Source: Camelus ferus (taxonomy: Eukaryota). Taken from it: 64,000 nucleotides of DNA. Under the pieces are notes generated by a model. That model had not been told where the DNA came from. It made no database searches and saw only the letters and a list, made by a program, of their open reading frames with translations. The DNA lies in assembly GCF_009834535.1 (NCBI RefSeq), contig NC_045696.1:24244001-24308000 (forward strand), written 5' to 3'. The position numbers and the translations under genes were made by a program. Of the stretch, positions 56,616 through 64,000 are shown in pieces. The first letter of the stretch is position 1, and the number at the start of each line of letters is the position of its first letter.

Positions 56616-58659
56616 TGAGGAAAAAAAAATTGGCATTGTCTCTGGTTTGAAATGGCTGTTATTTTGTGGCCTTTCTCTGATTTTCAGACTTTCCATAAAC
56701 TTTAAAGCCTCTGGTCATGAAAATAACAATCAGTCTTCAAGGATGCTTGGTCCTTCTCAGAAAAAAATTGAGGAAAAAAAGAAGGTGGCCAATGAGTGAG
56801 TGTATCTAGAGACAGGCAATTGAAGCATAGCCCAGAAAGACAGCCAGCCAGTAACCTGTCCTGCCTAGCTTTGATCCTGTTGTTTGGTGTGTAACTGTAC
56901 AGTCATTACAGATTTTTAAAGTGGGAAAAAGTTTGTACAGTGTTCAAAAATAAAGTTGATTTGATACAAACTTGTTTTAAGATAAGATTTTATTAGGTTT
57001 CTATCTAAAATTCAATGAGTGTTAAGTTTATTTTAAATAAAAGAAAAAAGTCTTCGCTCATTTTCCAGAGATGAATGTGTGTGTAGTGTACATGCACACA
57101 TAACGTATGTAAGTATGTGCTCTATGTCATAGGTAGTGAGTAGTTTGATAAACGATGTACATATGTAATATGTAATAGAGACCAATTTATTTAGACAAAG
57201 CAAAAAAGCTCTATCCTTGTGAACCGATGGGCTGGGAATTTTTATTTTTAAATATATTATTAATAATTTAGGAGGAAGGCATTTTCCCACAGATGAGTTT
57301 CTATTTTCTGACACTAAACTAAGCCTATTAAAATTTCAAATTAAAATCTGAAAATTTTGCAACTTCTCTCTCTCTCTCCTAACAAGTTTATAAACATTGT
57401 CTAAAAAAAGTGTTCAAGTAATAGAAATACAGACAGCTGCTCTACATTGTTGAAATGTTGAAAAGTTCTGTGCATAGACACTGCCATCAGAATCGAAGAT
57501 GCACAGCCATGTTTCATTTTGTTTATTGATTTGGCGAAAAAGCATAACAAGTGTATCGTAATAAATTGAGGCATTTTTAAGAAAACTAGCAGCTAGTAAT
57601 TCTTGACTATAGGATAGTGCCAATGATTTTAATAAAATCAGATTGTGACCACCTATGCCATGCAAAGTTCTATTTCAAGCTTGTTAATGTGGAAATATTT
57701 ACAAAGAAATAATTACGAAAAAACATTTTTCCTACCACTGCTGTCTCGAAATTGACCTCTTTGGTTACAGAGAATAGGTCTTAAACGTTAATGAGCACGC
57801 CACTTTTCATTTATTTCATCAAATGTAGAGAAGACGTGTGTCATGCTGGCACCTTGTAAGGGCTGGCAGAGGGATCTGTTGGCATCATTTGGTATTAACT
57901 TACCCCTACGCTTCTCTAAATGATCGATGCAATAATGCTTAGAACATCTCATAGGTAAAAGAGACCCCTGCTCTGAAAAACCTGAATTAATGTGCTCTTC
58001 ACAGTTGGTAGCAGAATAATTGACAGTACAACTCAAATCCCACAAACTTCCACTTTGGCGGGCTGCGGGGGCGTGCTGCTGCACGTGGGCTGCCCTCACC
58101 TGAGTGTCTAAAGGTAAACACATAAACCTTTCCGGCAATCGCCCACGTTTTAAAATATACTTTTGTAGTCAGAACAGGATTCTTGAGCCGTTCCAGTCTT
58201 TTCACAGACTTTTTTAGGGACAAAGACCTAGACAACCTTCTATTTTCCAGTTTCTGCTTTTACCAAACATCACTGAGTAGGCACTCTGAGAGAAGTTGAC
58301 AGTGCTTTTGGACTGTCCATTTTGCTCATTTTTGCGGATAAACGTTCACCTCCCAGATCACATCTGGAAAAGGACATGGTCTAACGTTCTATGGGTTTCA
58401 CACCCTGTAGTTTTTTGAAAGCTATACCAGGAGGGCCCCAGAGGAGCACGTCGGTGTAGGCGTGTCGTCTGAGATTGTATTTTCCCTTAGCTAATTGATA
58501 CGAAATGATCATTTAAGAATAGAACAGTGAGATGACATTGTTGTAATTAGAAAACAGCAAGTTTCTCCAAAGACTGGAAGGGTTGCCTCTGACAGCCACT
58601 GGAGCTAATCTTTCCATAAACTGCAAATCCTTATAGTGGTAGCCCCCTCGCTGGGCTTG

Positions 58660-59123
58660 CAGTGCGCCCTGTGACTTCTGGCCCTGCCGGCATTTTCACA
58701 TTTCCACCTCTTTCTCCCTCTATCTAACACACTTCTGCCCATCACCACCAATCAGTTTTCAAACCTTCCCAGTAAGAATTCACTGTTTCCTGAGCACATC
58801 TGCCTTCTTGGCATCAGCGCCTTCAATCACGTGACATTCTCTGCCTAAAATACCGCCCCCCTTTGCTCTCATTGCCATTCTTAGCCTAGTAAACTTGTGT
58901 TTCTCTTTAAGACCTAACAAATATCACCTCCTCAAAGAAGCCCTCCCCACTGTGACTCTCCAGGTGGCGTACTGTCCAGCCCGCGGCAGTACCATAATGC
59001 TTTGTGGACTGCACTCATTTGTGTGGTTAACAGCATATCTTGCATTGATTCCTTCTAAAGGCAGGAAACGTGAAGTGTGTCCAAATCGTGATACGTAGCA
59101 GTTACTCAGTAAGTATGAATGAA
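58660..59123 (+). mobile_element. L2 3'-end fragment
   Basis: ttctctgcctaaaatacc...ctctttaagacc...aaatatcacctcctcaaagaagccctcccc...actcagtaagtatgaatgaa. Confidence 0.65.
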
Positions 59124-60781
59124 AGGTGATCTCTCCATGGACACAAAATGAAAGGCAGCTTCCCCATCCCTGGTCAGGGAAACAACGTAATTGACAAGGT
59201 AGAAGCGCATCCATTCCCCTGAAGCAGTGCCCAGCCCCCCAGCCACCTGTATCCCTGGGGCTCATTGTCTCTGTTGGCCGACCCAGGCCTTCTCTCTTCT
59301 ACCTTCTCTAATCTGCAGAGATGCTATCAGCTGAGAAATTCCTGATAAGAGGAGCTTGTTCTTCAAAGGAGAATAGGAAGGGAATTTTGGGGGTTTTGCC
59401 AATAAAGATCTAATTACCTGTTGTACCAAACAGCAGTGAGCATCTTAGAATTTTTGCCTTTAGCAGGGAAGCTATCAACCCTTCCAAACAAACACCAAGT
59501 GCTGAGATAGGCCTGAGGTGAGAATCCATGGCCTCTCCTGCCTGTCAAATACGTTTCATGTTCCTGAGGGCTAGCTACCCTCTGCTGAACTATCCAGAAT
59601 CAAACCCGGGCAGAAGATGCTCTCTTGATGTGGTAAAACCAACTCCTTGATGATAAGACCAGGGTAGGAGCTGGATCTAGCATTAGGCTATTTCAGATCC
59701 TAAAGGAAATCTGGGTCCCTATGGGTGTAGAAATGCCAGAGACCAGTGCAGGTATGAACTAGTCCACTAGCTCAAGTATCCATTCATTAGAGAGCTTTGA
59801 CAGTGGCAACTTACCTACAAAGCCAAATCACCAGGTTTTAAGAGTATCAGAGAAGTAATACAAATGTTCAGGGGTTCAGCAAGTACTTAATAAAGGTGTG
59901 TTAAATAGATGTGATAGCAGAAGCTCATCTCTTTCACATGTGGGAACTGGGCTGAGAGATGTAATTTCCTTTTATTCCGATACCATACAATTAATCTAAT
60001 CAACATTTTGGTTTTCAGCTATTGCGTTTTATTTGTCCAGAAAAACCACATTTTCTGTTTCCCAACCACCAAGGGGAAGAATAAAGTCTTAGATGATATC
60101 ACTCTTATTATATGTCCACATGGCAGTGGAAAATCCAAACAGAGCATATTCAGGATGAGGAGGTGGTCTGCAGTGGAGACAGAATAATCCCCTTTCCTTG
60201 GCCAAGTAGGACTGATAAACGTCACTCATGATTTCTGACCGATAGAAGGCCATGGGAAGAAACAAATGGAAGCCTCTGGCTTCAAGGCTGCCTTTCTCAA
60301 ATAAAGGGAATATTTTCAAGTGGGTGGTTTATGTAATTAGAGAGACCGTGGAAAGAGCTAGGTGTATTTAGAAGGTGACGGAGAAGTTTGAAGCACAGCG
60401 TCCCTGGTTTTGCTAGGGAAGAAGGGACCTCTCTAGCTATTCTCTTCCTGTGAGTGCCTTCCTAGCTTAAGCAAATCAAGAAGGCTTCTAATCTTAAATA
60501 TAGTCATAGAAAATGATCATACTCTTATACTTTCATCAAAGATGAGGCGTTTCTTGTGAGTCTGGACATTTAAAATCAGGTTGTTTTTGTTTCTGTTTTT
60601 TCCAACATCTCTTCTTCCTGGGGTGAAGCTGGAGACTTGAACGACTGGGCTATGAAACCATGGAACACAGAGTGATAAGAGGCAGAGATAGTGACCTGCT
60701 TCTCTTAGAGTAACATCCCTGTTTTTACAGGGTGCTGGGTGGGGATGATAGCTTTGGGTGCTCTCAGTTCGTCATTCCTAG

Positions 60782-61314
60782 TGGGGAACCTGTACCCTAT
60801 GAATGAGCTGGGGCTAGGGCAATCAAAGCCCAGCATTCTTCCCTGCCACACTCAGAAAAGATTGTCTGCCCTTAAACTATCAGTGATTGCAGCCATCAAG
60901 TCATCAGCTACTGCAGCGGCCCAACTATGGACCCTGAGGGGATTCAGGATGGAGAAAAACAGGATACTGGCCTTAGATAGTTAAGATGCATATCAAAGGA
61001 ATAATTTCAATGAGCCCAGACTCTTACATCTTCCTATACAGAGAAAAGCACTAAATTCATTAACAAGATATCTAATTTTCTTTAATTAACAGTAATCTTT
61101 AATGTTTTGACTATTGGGGTTTTTTTCTTTCTTTTTTTTGCAAAAACTCCCATATATCCTGGCTCCTCCCTTACCTCTTCAGAGTAGTCCCTCAGATCTA
61201 TCTGAGAGACTGCCTTCTGGGCTTAAGTCCTCAGCGAGTCCGCAAAATAAAACGTAATTCTCAACTTTTAGGTTGAGTTTTCTTTCTTTCTTTTTTTTTT
61301 TTTTTTGGTTGACA
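60782..61314 (+). mobile_element. ERV1-type solo LTR
   Basis: gaaaagcactaaattcattaac, TATA-like catatatcc, cttacctcttcagagtagtccctcagatctatctgagagactgcc, AATAAA, ending ...GTTGACA. Resembles cetartiodactyl ERV1 LTRs. 5' boundary uncertain. Confidence 0.7.
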
Positions 61315-62109
61315 GTAGCCTTTGTAACACAGAGCTTTGCAGAGGATGAGGAATGCTTATGACTTACCTAGTCCTTCCAAGGAGACACTGACACCCCTAA
61401 CTGGGAGCTGGGGAGACGGATCCTCATCTTCTCGGCCACATTCAACTTGAATGGACCTTCCATCACACTGAGCTGTGGTGGGGGGAGAAGGAGGAGTTCA
61501 TGGCTCAAATACCATAGACTCTCGCTATTCTCAGGAAGAGTTCATAGATTTTCTTATGTAATATTTCTTCATTTGCTGTGTGCCTTTTGGAAATTTTTCA
61601 GAGTATTTTTAAAAAAGAATTTTACCAGTTATGTTGTCTTGCTGGAAAATGGGTTTCCAGAGCTCCTCACATTGCCGTTCCCAAAGTGGGAATTCCCTGC
61701 TTATGTTATTTCTGTCCATCACATAAATGTACTCAAAGCCACATCCCTCCAGGGTCACCTGCTTAAGCAACACTGTGCTGCAGCATTATTGCTAACTGGT
61801 GGAAGACATATTTCTGCCCTGAGGGCTAAATTGTATGTTATTTTGAAAGAATCTTTCTTCCCTCCTATTAACTATAATTAACCTAAATCTATTTTCTTTT
61901 TTCCAAGAATTTCGTTTAATTATTTTTCATGTCCCCTCTGGGATAATATTCCAATTCATCACTCTTCTTGCCGTCAAATATTCCACAATCAAACCCACCA
62001 GACCAGCCTCAGTCTAACAACCTGCCACCACTTACACAGTTATTTTGTAATACTTTCAATGACTCTTTGACATTTAACTCAGGAAAGTTATTCTTTGCTT
62101 TTTCTTATG

Positions 62110-62760
62110 CTTTTTTAAAATAAATTTTTGAGCAGTTTCAGGTTTACAGAAAAATAGAATGGAAAGTACACAAATTCCCCATCTACTCCCACACTGCCAC
62201 CCCCTGTGTCAGTTTCCATTATTATTAACCTCTTGCATTAGTGTGGTGCATTTGTTACAGTTGAGCAACCAATATTGATACTTTATTTTAACTAAAGCCA
62301 TTAGTTTATATTGGGCCCTTAGTTATATGTGTTTTATACCCTCTATGGGTGTTGACAAATGTATGATAACATGTAACTAGTTTCACTGCCCTAAGCTCCA
62401 CCCATTCATCTCTCCTACCCACCTCTGCCCTCACCAACCCCCCTTCCCGGCTCCTTGGCCACCACTGATCACCTTGTCTCCATAGCTTTTCCCGTCCCAA
62501 AATGTCGTGTAACTGGAATCACATAGTACATCATCTTTTCAGGTTGGCTTCTTTCAATTAGCAATATGCTTTTAAGGTTTATGTCTCTTTGTGGCTTGAT
62601 AGTTTATTCCTTTTTATCACTAAATAATATTCCGTTGTATGTATACATACCCCATTTTGTTCACCCACTCACCTATTGGAGGACATCTTGGTTGCCTTCA
62701 GGTTTCGGCAATTGTGAGTAAAGCTGCTATAAACATTAGTGAGGGCTTTTGTGGGGACTT
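62110..62760 (-). mobile_element. L1MC/L1MD-like 3' end
   Basis: gagcagtttcaggtttacagaaaaat...tattattaacctcttgcattagtgtggtgcatttgttacagttga...cactcacctattggaggacatcttggttgc. Confidence 0.8.
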
Positions 62761-62996
62761 TTTTTTTTCATTTTTTTCTTTCATTAGCATTTTCCTTAAA
62801 TTTTCTATATATATTTTATGCCTTTTGATTTTTTTTACATAACTTTTTTTTCATTTTTCTTTCTTCCTTTTTTTTTTTTTTTTTGGATGTATGTTTTTAG
62901 AGGGCAGAGCTTACCTTCTAGTAATTCAAATTTCCCACAACTCGTGTGCTTAAGAAATGCTTAATCATCAGTTCCAAGTCCATCAGTTTCATTGGG

Positions 62997-63375
62997 TGTA
63001 TCACTCAGGATAGGCTAAGTTATGATGCAGTATCAAAGAACCTTAAACTGTCAGTGACTGAGAACCACAAAGGTTTATTTCATATTATTACTACGTGTCC
63101 AAGTTGAACTGGTAGTGGTCTCTTTTTCTGGTGGGGAGGGGGTGGCGTCATCCATGGTGTTGGTGCCTCCACTCTCTGGGAGTGTCACTGGTTGCCTTGG
63201 CAAAGGGGAAAGGACATGGTGAATTGAGTACTGACTTTTAAAAGACCTAACACCTCCTTAACATTACACCAACCAAAACACTGGTCTGCTTAACTTTAAG
63301 AGAGTAGGAAATGTATTCATGTACACTATGTACCTATGAAAAGAAGAATCAGAAATATTGATGAACTTTCAATAT
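62997..63375 (-). mobile_element. Old MaLR LTR (MLT1J/K-like)
   Basis: tgtatcactcaggataggctaagttatgatgcagt...tcagtgactgagaaccacaaaggtttatttc matches the antisense MLT1 terminus. Far boundary approximate. Confidence 0.65.
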
Positions 63376-64000
63376 TCAGTTTTAATATTTTTTATTAAAC
63401 TTTTAATATTCAGTTTACCTGAGCATAGAACAATGATCTTTTGATCACTAAAATCAGTTTGATTATTTTAACATTTGCCTTTGCTCTTCAGACTATAGAC
63501 AATAGTCTAGGAGATAAAATTAATGAAACGTAAGGGATCTAACAATATTCACTAATCCAAAGGAGAAGGTGTAGGTTGTCCCACAAACTCTAGAGGCTTA
63601 CTCTAAGGAAGTTAACAGGCGTCAGAGCATGAAGTCCAATACACGTTGGCAGTTGGCTCTGCGGACACTGAAGGATTCAAAACGAATGAAGATGAGTTCT
63701 GTTCACTTAGGCTCAGTATAACAATAGAGAGATGTTCACTCATGCTGTCATGTAACTGTCTATCCCTATACACTTACTGATTTTATTATTTTAGTTTGTT
63801 TATATGATTAAAGCTTTTCTTCTCTGTCCAAAATTGGATATTCCATTTGAACCTAAACACATCTTGAAAAAATTTCAATTGAGAAGACAAGTTTGGTTTA
63901 GGCCATTTCAAATCCATTTAATTGCTCTTGAATTCTTTAGCTAAACAGACAATTTTCTCTCCCCTCACCACCAGATTTGCTGGTAATTTGGGGTACCAGC

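Larger units (their letters stand above)
49336..56635 (+). other. NRIP1: NRIP1 terminal exon (5' UTR remainder + CDS + 3' UTR)
   Basis: Strong acceptor (branch-like CTAAC/TTAAC, long T tract, TTTAG|AACACTGATA at 49335/49336) matching the recalled start of the human coding exon. 3' end estimated ~20 nt after AATAAA at 56610. Confidence 0.85.

Noticed and set aside
1..64000. CRISPR arrays, prokaryotic operons, rRNA, NUMT or processed pseudogenes
   Set aside because: No regularly spaced repeats and no rRNA-, mitochondrial- or retrogene-like segments were recognised; the content is ordinary mammalian nuclear DNA.

Overview
AT-rich mammalian genomic DNA carrying the 3' part of NRIP1 (RIP140, nuclear-receptor corepressor) on the + strand. 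The tRNA-derived SINE and the L1 3' UTR type suggest a camelid (inference). Gene structure in the window: a short 5'-UTR exon (11387-11512), a ~37.8-kb intron, and a large terminal exon from 49336. That exon holds the rest of the 5' UTR, the whole intron-less CDS (ATG 49684 to TAA 53154, 1156 aa) and a ~3.5-kb 3' UTR with two likely poly(A) signals. The main promoter and upstream exons lie outside the window. The rest is mostly old repeats (MIR, L2, L1M, MaLR/ERV LTRs, hAT-Charlie/MER) plus younger SINE and L1 copies. The other ORFs in the supplied track look like noise. Most noteworthy: (i) a uORF-dense leader, including a 58-codon uORF that only exists after splicing; (ii) intronic clusters of nuclear-receptor elements (DR5/DR0, ERE-like, ERRE) near a candidate internal promoter/first exon; (iii) an 84-bp-arm inverted repeat with a perfect 55-bp core; (iv) a two-part L1 inside a single TSD pair; (v) a CpG-rich, GC-shifted patch in the CDS; (vi) Pumilio/RBFOX motif clusters around the poly(A) sites. 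I see no evidence for a wholly new gene system. Comparisons with human NRIP1 and repeat consensus sequences are from memory and need an alignment.
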